Origin: Mobula hypostoma
Taxonomy: Eukaryota
Reading direction: 5' to 3'
NCBI RefSeq assembly: GCF_963921235.1
Contig: NC_086097.1
Span: 216,816,001 to 216,880,000, forward strand
DNA length: 64,000 nucleotides
This document shows positions 51,019-63,635 of this stretch, piece by piece. The position numbers and the translations under genes are program-made. How positions within the stretch are numbered: the first letter of the stretch is position 1; the number at the start of each line of letters is the position of its first letter. The notes under the pieces are model-generated. The model ran no database searches and was not told the DNA's origin. It worked only from the letters and a program-made list of their open reading frames with translations.

Positions 51019-51555
51019 CACTCGCTCGCTTTAGGTCGCATCTGGAAATTCCAGTTGGCGGACGATTTCCCTCCACACCACTCTGACATATTGGGAAATC
51101 ATGTTCGTGGCAGGTTACAGCAATGGTTTGCCTTTGTCTACTGCCGGGTGAGTTTAAAGAGATCACCACCTCTTGCAGTGGATGACCAGGACATCTAAGT
51201 GCCTTGTCGTGCTGTTAGCGCGGCACTAGCTCCTGGTGGCCTGCCTTCTTGATGGTTGGACCATTAATCAGTCTCCTCCACTCAGTCTGTCAGGGCCAGA
51301 CCTCACACGCTGGGATAGACAGATCCCCTACCTCACCGAGGGTCGAAGACCCATCGGCTACCTTCACCTGGTTTGGCCCGTCTGCCGAGACGGTTTACCG
51401 GGGTGTGGCCGCTGCGCGTGCTACAGCTACTTGGAGCCACAGGTGAGAGCTGAGCGCCAGGTGGGGACCAAAGGTGGACGAGCTGCCCTGAAAAAGGGCA
51501 CGGCAAGCCCCCCCCCACCAGAGGTACTACCCCTCCCTAGACACCCCATACACCC
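51019..51555 (-). mobile_element. Short non-coding RTE-type retroposon family B with 5' HDV-like fold
   Basis: 8-bp TSD tttgYcat (51011-51018 / 51556-51563) inside CR1; CpG-rich. 3' part has ggcaaaccattgctgtaacctgcc, reminiscent of BovB/Sauria-SINE ends; (GAGC)n-like tail. Confidence 0.8.
51361..51547 (-). ncRNA. Candidate HDV-like ribozyme with inserted hairpin
   Basis: P1 GGGGTGT/ACACCCC (7 bp); P3 GGC/GCC; L3 TCCAAGT; P1.1 CC/GG; P4 CCGTCT-cggc-AGACGG; J4/2 G-C-C-A-A; P2 TCACCTG/CAGGTGA. Confidence 0.7.
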
Positions 51556-53349
51556 TTTGTCATACTGGACGTTAAAGATGAGAATGTAGGTGGCTTGTTT
51601 AGCAAGTTTGCAAATGGTGGTATGTTGGACAATGAAGAAGGATGTCTAAAGTTGCAAATGATTCAAAATTAAATGGAAAAGGAAGGATAGCTGGGACTTA
51701 ACTCAGACAAGTGTAAAATGATATCTTTGGGAAGTTAAACCAGGGCAGGCTTACACAGTAAATGACAGGGCTCTGGGGTATGACAGGGGTATGACAGGGC
51801 TCTGGGATGGAACAAAGAGACCCAGAGTACAAGTGCATTGTTTCCTGAAAGTGACAACGCAGGTAGATAAGCTGGTGAAGAAGGCATTTGCCTTCATTAG
51901 ACAGGGCACTGAGTGAAAGAGTCAGAACATCATGTTACAGCTGTATAAGACATTCACAAGGACAGCCACTATCCTAGGATAAGAGAGTTTACATCTGGAG
52001 GCATAGAAAAAAAAAACCTGAGGGACAGGGAGCCATCTGGAATGAGCTGCCAGAGGAAATGTTAGAGATGGGTACAATTACAATATTCAAAAGACAAGGA
52101 TAGGTTCATGGGTAGGAAAGATTCAGAGACACTTGTGCCAAATACATGCAAATGGGACTAGCTAGGAAGGCATCTTGGTCAGCATGGAAGATTTGAAACA
52201 AATGATCTGTTTCCATGCTGCCTAACTCTTGTGACTAATGGTGTACCACATGGATTGATGCTGGTCGGTTGTTGCCTGTCATCTATAACAACAATCTGGA
52301 TGATAACGTGGTAAAGTGGAGCAGCAAATTTGTGGATGACACCAAGACTGGGGGCTGTAGTGGATGGCAAGGAAGACTGTCAAATCTTGCAGCGGGATCT
52401 AGACCTGCTGGTGAAACCGGCTGAAAAGTGGCAGATGGAATTTAATACAGACCAGTGTGAGGTGTTGCACGTTGAGGACCAACCAGGGTAGGTTTAACAC
52501 GATGAGTGGTAGGGCAGTTAGGAATGTGGTAGAACAGAGGGATCTGAGAGTACAGATCCATAATTCTTTGAAAGTGGTGTCACGGGTCAATAGGGTCATA
52601 AAGAAAGCTTTTGGCTATTAAGTACAGGAGCTGGGATGTTATGTTGAAATTGTATAGGTCATTGGTGAGGCCTAATTTGGTGTTTTGTGTTCAGTTTTGG
52701 TCACCTATCTACAGGAAAGATGTAAACAAGTTGAAAGAGTGCTGAGAAAATTTACCAGGATGTTGCCAGATCTTGAAGACCTCACCTATAGGGAAAGGTC
52801 TAATAGGTTAGGATTTTATTCCTTAGACTGTAGGAGAATGAGGGGAGATTGGATAGAGATATACTAAGTTATGAAGGGTATAATTAGAGTAAAAGCAAGC
52901 AGGCTTTTTCCACTAATGTTGAGTGAAATTAGAACTGGAGATCATGGGTTAAGGGTGAAAGGGAAACTTGAGAGAAACTACTTCACTCACAGATTGGTGC
53001 GAGTGTGGAACAAGTTGCCTGCGGAAGTGGTGGATGTGGGTTCAATTCAATATTTACGAGAAATTTGGATAGCTATATAGATGGGCGGGATATGGAGGGC
53101 TATGGTCCAGGCTTCAAAAAAAGGAAGACTTCTCAGATATGAGAGATATTATACATTCAAAGATTGGTCACAGAACTGGAGAAATATTTGTGATGAAGAA
53201 CCTCCATCAAATCCCAGAGAGGTTACAACAGCTGTTTCTCTGTTGACAGGCTCATGATACTCATATTTTCCACCACCTAGAGTGCATCTCCCAACAAAAA
53301 AAAACAGATAATAGACCATACAAAACAGAAGAAAATAATTATGCTGAAG

Positions 53350-54512
53350 GATCTGTTTAGTAGAGCCACTGCTCTTCATACCATCCCTACACATCTGGAG
53401 AAGAATGTGAGAATACTGTTCTTGAACACAGCTCAGCATTCAACACCATAGTTCCATCCAGGCTCGACAAGAAGCTCAGAGACCTCGGCCTTGACCCTGC
53501 CTTGTGCAGCTGGATCCTGGACTTCCTGTCAGATCACTGGCAGGTTGTAAGAGTGGGTTCCTTCACCTCCAACCCTCTGACTCTCAATACAGGAGCCCCT
53601 CAGGGCTGCGTACTGAGTCCCCTCCTTTACTCCCTGTATACCCATGACTGTGTCACCACCCACTGCTCCAATCTACTAATTAAGTTTGCTGACGATACTA
53701 CATTGATTGGCTTTATCTCAAACAATAACGAGGTGGCCTACAGGGAAGAAGTCATCTCTCTGACACAGTCGTGTCAAGAAAACAACCTCTCCCTCAATGT
53801 CGTAAAAGCAAAGGAGCTGGTTGTGGATTACAGGAGGAATGGAGACGGGCTATCCCGTATTGACATCAATGGATCTGGGGTTGAGAAGGTAAACAGCTTC
53901 AAGTTCCTCGGCATCCAGATCACTGAGTACCTCATATGGTCTGTACACATCAGTTGTGCGGTGAAAACGGCACAACAGCACCTCTTTCACCGCAGAAGGT
54001 TGAGGAAGTTTGGTATGAGCCCCCAATTCCTAAGAATTTTCTATAGGGGCACAATTGAGAGCATCCTGACTGGCTGCTTCACTTCCTGGTATGGGAACTG
54101 TACCTCCCTTAATCGCAGGACTCTGCAGAGAGTGGTGCGGACAGCCCAGCGCATCTGTAGTTGTGAACATCCCATGATTCAGGACATTTACAAGGACAGG
54201 TGTGCAAAAAGGGCCTGTAGGATCATTGGGGACCCGAGTCACCCCAACCACAATCTACTCCAGCTGCTACCATTGGGAAACGGTACCACAGGATAAAAGC
54301 CAGGACCAACAGGCTCTGGGACAGCTTCTTCCACCAGGCTATCAGACTGATGAACTCACACTAACTTGAGTGTACTCTATATTGCATTGACTGTTATTTA
54401 TTATAAATCATTATAAATTACTAAGATTGCACATTTAGATGGAGTCGTAACATAAAGATTTCTACTCCTCGTGTATGTGAAGGATGTAAGAAATAAAGTC
54501 AATTCAATTCAA
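53350..54512 (+). mobile_element. Rex1/Babar-type LINE, 5'-truncated, well preserved RT end
   Basis: ORF 53502..54296 TGAPQGCVLSPLLYSLYTHDC..KFADDTT..KFLG; (AATTC)n tail. Confidence 0.9.
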
Positions 54513-54970
54513 TAGTACAACTAGGATGAAGAAGCTGCATTGGGCCACATCACCCAACACATTGCCGCAAGGCCTATGAGCAGTTATTGTCAGAGGGTGT
54601 TTAGAAAGTGAGTGGGTGCTCTTTCCCCACACTAACATAATTAATATGAGCTCTGTAATTCTGGAGGACTGCTTCACAGAGGTGAGCAGGCAATGAGACC
54701 AAAGGCTTCTTTATCAGATTTGAAAGATCTGCTCACCATTGCAAACATTGATATTGTGCTGGAGTTACCAGGCTTATTCATTCTTCTACTAGAAATTTAT
54801 CTTGAAATTTTATGCTGGAAGCACAACAGTTTGTTAACAAAGTGATTTAAATTGCAAAGAGACCTATGCATACAAGTTGAATTTGGTTATTTGATTCCTA
54901 TAAGTATGGACTCTGTTGTGTTGAATATTGAACAAGAACACCCAAAAATGTATATACTGTGAAAGGATAT

Positions 54971-55474
54971 CGGAGGTCTCTGTTGGTTATGGTCAACCAT
55001 GAATACTGCATCCTATCTGTCTACATGATACCCAAGCCAGGGCAGTACAATATGAATGACAGAGATCGATACAGTTTGGCACCAGTGGTGTAGCAGGAGT
55101 TGCCAATCAGCGTTGGACTCAATGCTAGACTGTCTTAGGGGCTTCAGTTCTGGACTATTCCTCGGGGTTTACTCCCGAAGTCTTCCCCATGAGTGGGTAT
55201 TGCTGCAAGGCAGCGGAGGTTTGGGCTGCCAACCACAGCTGACGAACTCCAGCTGCCCGAAGTGACTGGTTTTAAGGTGCCAGTAACCCACCTTTGCTCC
55301 TTTTCCTGTCAGTTGAAACGGTTCCACCAGGCTTAGCCACACATGAAGGCTAAGAGCTGGACTTGGTCGTCAGAGGCTATTTGAGATGCACGCCACAGGG
55401 AGCATTTAATAAGTAGTAGGTGCTTATCCCCACTTCCCCCTGGCTATGACAATCTTAAACAACCATATCCTTAA
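54971..55474 (-). mobile_element. Second copy of retroposon family A
   Basis: Reverse-complement homology to 48078-48665; 10-bp TSD gaaaggatat (54961-54970 / 55475-55484). Confidence 0.75.
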
Positions 55475-56239
55475 GAAAGGATATGGGAACTGTAGTATTA
55501 TCAGGCCCCATCTAAAGCCAGTACAACAAATATAAACAGCAAACATTTCGAGCTTCAAGACCAATGTGTATATCATTAGCCAAGATGAAGGAGAGCATGT
55601 TACAGGTTTGTAAGTGCCTCAGACATGTTGTATCCTGACTCATCAAGAATCAAGGGAATCAAAATGGAGACAAAGCTACTGGTGACGCCAGGTCCAACAA
55701 TCAAATCCAAATATCCTATTTCACTTCTTCTTTCATGACGTTGAAAGCAAAGACAGTGCAAAAAAACCTCCTTTAGTGATGTTGGTTAAGGAGCACAGTT
55801 GATGGAATTTGACTGCTGTACATCTGAATAATGCAAACGAATCTTTTGTGTCACTCATACCTCAGGAGTGAAAGATGATCTTGCAGCCCTCAAGTATTTG
55901 ATGGTATTGTTAAAAATTACTACAGAAGAATAGGAAAATCTGAAAGAGCCTCTGCAATTTGTTTTTAAGCTGACAATGCAGTGAAGCCAGTAAGTGATGC
56001 TCTGTGAAACAAAACAAAAAAAAGTCTACATTTGTAATGTGATGCTTAAGATCTCAAATATCCGAAGCAATTTTCACTGGTTAAGTAGCCTCAAGGTATG
56101 TAGAGTTTTATAATATAGGACAATTGCTAGCCAATTCGTGCATGGCAGACTTCCTTAATATTATAAACAGGCATGTTGGATAAATACTTCCTGGACATGT
56201 GCATCTCTTTAAAATCATGCCATGGGATCTTTATATAGG

Positions 56240-57210
56240 GTCATCGACCTGCACTGGGACCATAGCCCTCCGTATCCCTACTATCTATGTACCATAAGCC
56301 CATAGACCATAAGGCATAGGAGCAGAATTAGTCCCATCGAGTCTGCTCGGTCACTCAATCATAGCTGATTCTTTTGTCCACTCCTCAACCCCACTCCCCA
56401 CCTTCTCACTGTAACCTTTGATGCTGTGTCCAGTCAATAACCTATCAATCTCTGCCTTAAATGCACCCGGCGACCTGGCCTGTGGTAACAAATTCCACCC
56501 TCTGGCTAAAGAAATTTCTCTGCAATTCTGTTTTAAATGGACACTCCTTTATCCTGAGGCTGTGCCCTCTTGTCCTGGACTCCACCACCATGGGAAACAT
56601 CCTTTCCACATCTACTCTGTCTAGGCCTTTCAATATTCAGAAGGTTTCAATGAGATTCTCCCCTCATCCTTCTAAATTCCAGTGAGTACAGACCCAGCGC
56701 TATGAAAAGTTCCTCAAATGATAACCCTTTCATTCCTGAAATCATCCTTGTGAACCGCCTCTGGACCCTCTCCAAACTACCTATTCAAACTTCTCTTAAA
56801 CTTTGAAATCAAGCTCGCATGCACCACATATGCTGCCAGCTCATTCTACAATCTCATGCCTCTCTGAGAGAAGAGGTTTTCCCTCAAGTTCCCCTTAAAC
56901 TTCTCATCTTTCATTCCTAACCCATGATGTCTGGTTGTAGTCCCACCCAACTTCAGTGGAAAAAGCCTGCTTGCTTTTACCCTATCTATACCCCTCATAA
57001 TTTTGTATATCTCTATCAAAACTCCTCTCAATCTTCTATGTTCTATAGAATACAGTCCAAATTAGGTTTCACCAACATCTTATAGAACTTCAACATTCCA
57101 TCTCATGTACTCAGTACATTGATTTATGAAGGCCAATGTGGTAAAAGTCCACTGCAAGCTCTGATAGTCTTCCTTGCTGTCCACTACACCCCTAATCTTG
57201 TTGTCATCAT
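56240..57210 (-). mobile_element. Nested CR1 3' fragments
   Basis: MRGVLIEIYKIMRGIDRVKASRLFP (56846..57031), with a second CR1 end and (CCATAGA)n-like tail inserted. Confidence 0.75.
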
Positions 57211-57311
57211 TTGGAAACAAATTACAAGGAATCATTAAAATTAGATATCTCTAAAATTAAATTATCTTGTGCAATCAAATTAGGAATCAAAACTAAATCT
57301 ATTTGGCATTG

Positions 57312-57522
57312 CAACACACACAAAATGCTGGAGGAATTCAGCAGGCCAGGCAAAATCTATGGAAAAAAGTACAGTTGGTGTTTCAGGCCGAGACCTTTCT
57401 GCAGGACTGGCCCAAAATGTCAAGTACTTTTTTTTCCCATAGAGGTTTTGTGGCCTCCTGAGTTCCTCCAGTATTTTGTGTCTGTTGCTTGGATTTCCAG
57501 CATCTGCACATTTTCTCTTGTT
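57312..57522. repeat. Penelope-derived palindromic element
   Basis: Arms gcaacacacacaaaatgctggagg / cctccagtattttgtgtctgttgc, plus ttccagcatctgca tail. Confidence 0.75.
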
Positions 57523-58109
57523 TCTATTTGGCATTGAACTTTTTCGGCCTATGTCTACTGGTATATATAAAAGTCAGTGTTTGTGTTAAACAACTATCTG
57601 TATATCAACTGATTGGTTGAATTGAATGGTGCTTTCCTTATATTTAAAATAGCTTTAACTAAAACATTGCATCATTATTTTTAGTTCTAGAAGCATATTA
57701 TCTTCCAAAATCATCATGGATCTTAAAGTTACATAAATATTTATATAATGCTGTATTAAGTCTTCAAAAATTACATACATCATGGTTACTTGGTGGAAAT
57801 TAGAAGCTTTGACAGTTTCTGACAACATTTAGCAGTCAAAGCACAGGTTCACTTCTGGCCTGTATGTATAAAATCACCCTAGAATACTTTCATTAGCTAG
57901 GCTAACAAAATCACTGTTCTCCACATGGTCTGTGGATGCAGAAGGCTAAATGAAGTACAGGTGAACCGTACAATATATGGTCACGTGGAGTAAAGAAATT
58001 GTTCCTTGCAGAATTCACAGATCATTCCCCAAAAATTGAGATGCAGAATAGAACTTATTCTCACAGAATTTATTCAAAATAAACAGATAACTCAACATAA
58101 CTCTACAGA

Positions 58110-58872
58110 AAGGGTAAGACGAGGGAACACAAACCAATCCTCATGGAAGGATCTGAAGAAGAGTGAGTGAGCAATTTTAAGTTCCTGGGTGTCATTATCT
58201 CTGAGGACCTTATCTGGACACAAAATATTGATGCAGCTATAAAAAAGGCAGGACAGCAGCTATATTTCAATTGGAGATTGAGGAGATTTGGTTTTCAACT
58301 AAAACACTAAAAAACTTTGACAAATGTACTGAGAAGAGCATTCTGACTGGCTGCATCACCATCTAGTATGGGGGTGGGGTGGTGCGGGTCTACTGCACAA
58401 GATCAAAGTAAGTTGCAGAAACTTGTAAAATTAGTCAGCTCCATCATGGGTACCAGCCTCCACAGCATCCAAGACATCTTCAAGGAGCGATGCCTTAGGA
58501 AGACAGCATCCATCACTAAGGATCCCCACCACCCTGGACATGCCCTCTTCTCACTGTTACCTTCAGGTAGGAGGTACAGAAGCCTGAAGGCACACACTCA
58601 GCAATTCAGGAACAGCTTCTTCCCCTCTGCCATCCAATTTCCAAATGGACATTGAATTCATGAATACTTCACTTTTTTTTATTTCTACTTTTTTTTGTAC
58701 TAGTTAATTTTAACTTAATTATTTAGTAGGCATATATATATCCTTAATGTAACTCAGTTTTTTTTCCTCCATATTTATTTATCATGTATTTCATTGTACT
58801 GCTGCCATAAAGTTAAGACATTTCATGACACATGCCGGTGATATTAAACCTGATTCTGATTCTAATTCTGAT
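58110..58872 (+). mobile_element. Rex1/Babar-type LINE 3' fragment
   Basis: ORF 58368..58655 IQDIFKERCLRK..HALFSLLPSGRRYRSL..FRNSFFPSAI; (CTGATT)n tail. Confidence 0.85.
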
Positions 58873-59071
58873 AATCTTTTTTCAGCTCCCATTTCTTGAT
58901 TCATGCGCATTTGATGTGGCTCAGCATATCAGAAATTCACAATACAGGCCATTTTCTCGCAATGTGATCCACCCCATAACATAGTGGTTGCTTGGCATCA
59001 GTGCAGTAGTAGTTCACGTGGAAGACAATATTTTAACAGTTGCTAATAATATTTTACAAAATGCTATGTAA

Positions 59072-59370
59072 AATTAGATTAGCTTTATTTGTTACATGTA
59101 CATCAAAACATACAGTGAAATGTGCCTTTTGTGTCAACAACCAATATAGTCTGACAATATACTGGGGGCAATCACAAGTGTCACCCCGCTTCTGGTGCCA
59201 ACATAACATGCCCACAACTCACTAACCCTAACCCATACATCTTTAGAATCTGCAAGGAAACCAGAGCACTTGGAGGAAATTCATGTGGTCACAGGGAGGA
59301 CATACAGACTCCTTACAAACTGCGTTGGAAATTGAATCCAGTTTCCCTCCCGACACTGAGCTACTGTGTA
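59072..59370 (-). mobile_element. V-domain SINE with non-CR1 tail
   Basis: V-core (ggaaaccagagcacttggaggaa on +). Tail ctttatttgttacatgtacatc..acagtgaaat also occurs at ~15170 and ~38535. Confidence 0.6.
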
Positions 59371-59869
59371 GCTCATGACTCTGCAAATGTGAAGACTCGA
59401 TGAGTAAACAGCCACTGTCTGAGTTTCAGCATTGGCTATTTTGCTGATCTATTGCAAGATTGCACAGTTAGTGACAGCTTCACATTGATGACCTGAGGAA
59501 CAGATACTGTATATAATGCAAATGCAATCTTCCAGCCACTGAAGTGTATTGCTTCCTCATGAATTGCTGCTTTCATGATGAGAAAGTGAACGAAGAGTGC
59601 TCCCAACATTTCAAAGCGGTATAGGGTTCATTTTCTCACCAGTAACTACAAAACAATTTTGCTTCAACTTTCCTTTTTACACTGTAGTGGGAAAGAATTT
59701 CTAGGCTTTTATCTTCCTATTAATATCTTGACTAGCTCAACATATTTGGTGCTATTCCTCCTAGAGAAAGTCATTAATGGTTTATATCATGTTAATTTTA
59801 CAGCAATTCAATTTAAATATCATTGCTTTATTGTTCACAACTCAATCAATCCCAGGATATGGGCCTTAT

Positions 59870-62670
59870 TATCCATAAGACTGTAAGACATAGGAGCAGA
59901 ATTAGGGCATTCAACCCATCAAGTCGGCACTGCCTTTCAATCATGGCTGATTTATTCTCAACACCATTTTCCTGGCTTCTCTCCATAACCTTTGATGCCC
60001 TGATTAATCAAGAATCTATCAACTGCCACCTTAAATATACCCAATAACTTGGCCTGCACAGCCACTGGCTAAAGAAAATTTTCCTCATCTCTCTTCTATA
60101 TGGACATCACTCAATTCTGAGACTGTGCCCTCTGGTCCTAGACTCTGCCAGTATTGAAACATCCTCTCTACATCAACTCTCTCTAGGCCTTTCAATATTC
60201 AATAGGTTTCAATGAGATGCCCCCCCATTCTTCTAAGCTCCAGTGAGTGCAGGCACAGAGCCATCAAACACTTCTCATATGTTAACCCTTTCATTCCTGG
60301 GATCATTCTCATGAACCTCCTCTGGGCCCTCTCTAATACTAGTACATCTTTTCTTAGATAAGGGGTCCAAAACTATTCACAATACCTCAATGCCTTATAA
60401 AGCTTCAACTTTACCTCCTTGGTTTTGTATTCTAACTCTCTCAAAATTAATTTTAACATTGCATTTGCCTTCCTTACCGCTGACTCAACTTGCAAGTTAA
60501 CCTTTAGGGAATCCTGTATGAGGACTTCCAAGTCCCTTTGCGCTGCTGATTTTTGTATTTTCTCACCACATAGAAAATAGTCCACACCTTTATTGCTTCT
60601 GCCAAAGTGCATAACCATGCACTTCCCGACACTATATTCCATCTGATACTTCTTTGCCCATTCCCCCGATCTAAGTCTTTCTGAAGACAGCCTGTTTCGT
60701 CAACAATACTTGCCCCTTCACCTATCTTTGTATTGTCTGCAAACTTGGCCATAGGATATTTACTTCATCCAAAATAATTACTTCATCCAAGTCATTAAAT
60801 ATAACATGAAAGGAACAGTCCCATCACCAGCCCCTGAAGCACATCACTAGTTTCCAGCAGGCTACCAGAAAAGGTCCCCTTTATTCATGCTCTTTGCCTC
60901 CTGCCAGTCAGCCAACTTTCTACTTATCCACGCTGGTATCTTTCCTGTAATACCATGGGCTCTTACCTTGTTAAGCAGCTTCCTATGTCAAAGGCCTTCT
61001 GAAAATCCAAATAAACAACATCCACTGAATCTCCTTTGTTTATCCTGCCTGTTATTTCCTCAAAGAATTCCAATAGGTTTGTCAGGCAAGATTTCCCCTT
61101 AAGGAAACCGTGTTGACTTTGGTCTATTTTATCATGTGCCTCCAAGTACTCCAAAACCTCATCCTTAAAAATAGATTCAAACATTTGTCCAGCCAAGAAG
61201 TCAAGCTAACTGGCCTATAATTTCCTTTCTTCTGCCTCTCTCCCTTCTCAAAGAATGGAGTAACTTTTGCAGTTTTCCAATCTTCCAAAACCATTCCAGA
61301 ATCTAAAGATTCTTGAAAAATTATTACTAATGCCTCCACAATTTCTTTAGCTACCTCTTTCACAACCGTTGTGTGTAGTGCATCAGGTCCAGGTGATTTA
61401 AAGACTTTCAGACTTTTCAGCTTTCCAAGTACATTCTCCTTGGTTAATAGCAACAACACTCCCTTCTGTCCCCTGACACACTCACATTTCCAGCATTCTG
61501 CTCGTATCTTCCACAGTGAAGGTTAATGCAAAATACTTATTCAATTCGTCATCTATTTTTTTCTCCCCCATTAGCACCTCACCAGCATTATTTTCAATGA
61601 TCTGATATCCACTCTTGTCTCTCTTTTACTCTTTATATATCTGAAAAACTTTTTGTATCTCCTTTTATATTAAGGGCTAGCTTACCTTCATATTTCAGCT
61701 TTTCTCTCTTTACAGCTTTTTCAGTTGCCTTCTGTTGGTTTTTAAAAGCTTCCCACTCCTCTAATTTTTGTTATGTTATCTGCCCGCTCTTTAGCTTTTA
61801 TGCTGTCTTTGACTTCACTTGTCAGCCATGATTCCCTCATTCCTACCTTTAGAATACTTCTTCATCTTTGAGATGCATCGTTCCCGCACCTTCCAAATTT
61901 CCCCAAACACCAGACATTGATGTTCTGCCATCATCCCTGCTAGCGTCCTCCTCCAATTAACTTTGGTCAGCTCCTCTCTCATGCCCATGTAATTCACTTT
62001 GCTCCACTGCAATAGTGATACATCCAATTTTAGCTTTTCCTTCTCAAACTGCAAGGTGAATGATATTATATTATGATCACCTTCTCTGTGCTCCTTTACC
62101 TTAAGCTCCCTAATCAAATCTGTGTCATTACATAATATGCAATCCAGAATTGCCATTCCCCTAGTGGGCTCAACCACAAGCTGTTCTAAAAATCTATCTC
62201 ACAAACATTCTACAAGTTCCCTCTATTGGGATCCAGCACTAACTTGATTTTCCCAATCCACCTGCATATTGAAATCCACCGTGATTATTGCAATATTGCC
62301 CTTTTTACATGCCTTTTCTATCTTCCATTGTAATTTATACCCCATATCCAGTTTGGAGCTCTGTAAACAAGTCCCATCAAGGTCCTTTTACCCTTGCAGT
62401 TTCTTAACTATACCCACAAGGATTTTACATCTTCCGATCCTATGTCACCCCTTCCTAAGGATTTGATTTCATTTTTTACCAACAGTGTCACCCTGTTCCC
62501 TGGGCCTACCACCTGTATTTTTGATACAATGTGTATCCTTGGATGCTAAGCTCCAAATTATGATCTTCTTGCACCTACTTCTCAGAGATGCCCACAATAT
62601 CATACTTGGCAATCTCTAACTGCACCACAAGATCATCTAACTCCTTCTGTATACTGCGTGCATTCAAATA
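59870..62670 (-). mobile_element. CR1 LINE, long degraded ORF2
   Basis: EPTRGMAILD (61815..62177), GNYRPVSLTS (61124..61459), SQHGFLKGKSCLTNLLEFF (60963..61196); cataagac tail. Confidence 0.85.
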
Positions 62671-63292
62671 TATTTGGCCCAGGCATAGGTGACACTATAG
62701 GTTGCTCTACATAAGTTATATCTGAAAATAAATGTTGACAGCGATCTCTGACCCCCCAGTGGACATGAACCTGAACCATAAAATCTTAGCTAAATTGACA
62801 TTGTTGGCTGAAAGCCTGTATTAAAAGTGTGGTAAGTAAAATGCCACAGCAACACGAGCAATGATTGAGGTTACAGAAAGAATAATAATCAGAAATTAGC
62901 TCACTTCTTATCAACAGTCAAGGGACCTCATGCTGTTGCTGCCACCATTAAAATCCTGAAATGAAACTACTTGCGTAACTGCACATTTGATCCGAAAGCA
63001 ATTTTCTTACTTTTTAAAGTACTAGAAACTTGTAATCAAAGATCTACCTTTTGTCATCCTTTACATTCAGTGAACTCTGCACACCCACATCAAAAGGGTA
63101 CCATAACATATGGCTTGAAATGGGGATGCATGACTTGCACAACCTAAAGTTTGTTTTATCTTTTCAGGAGAGCAATGCAATTGTAACCTTTTCTGGGTCA
63201 AATGTCACCATTCCAAAAATTTCTACTGGCATTTTCTGTCATGAATCACCCTTCTGTGTCTGACATGATTTTCATGTCCAATTTGTGTCAAA

Positions 63293-63635
63293 TAGAACAT
63301 AGAAACATAGAAAGCATACAGCACAATACAGGCCCTTCGACCCACAAAGCTGTGCTGGACATGTCTTTACCTTAGAAATCACCCAGGGTTACCCATAGCC
63401 CTCTATTTTTTAAGCTCCATGTACCTGTTCAGGAGTCTCTTAAAAGACCCTATCGTATCCGCCTCCACCCCTATCGCTGGCAGCCCATTTCACACACTCA
63501 GCACTCTCTGTGTAAAAAACTTACTCCTGACATCTCCTCTGTACCTACTTTCAAGCACCTTAAAACTGTGCCATCTCGTGTTAGCCATTTCAGCCCTGGG
63601 AAAAAACCTCTGACCATCCACACAATCAATGCCTC
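63293..63635 (-). mobile_element. CR1 LINE 3' end
   Basis: tagaacatagaaacatagaa tail and acaggcccttcgaccc 3' UTR; FFTQRVL-like frame. Confidence 0.8.

Larger units (their letters stand above)
50770..53115 (+). mobile_element. Two tandem old CR1 fragments (~50770-52230 and ~52230-53115)
   Basis: VDFSKAF, KFVDDTK, KFTRMLP..LGFYSL..MRGD, VWNKLPAEVV. Confidence 0.75.

Noticed and set aside
59221..59234. Telomere-like CTAACCCTAACCC
   Set aside because: Only two units, inside a SINE body.
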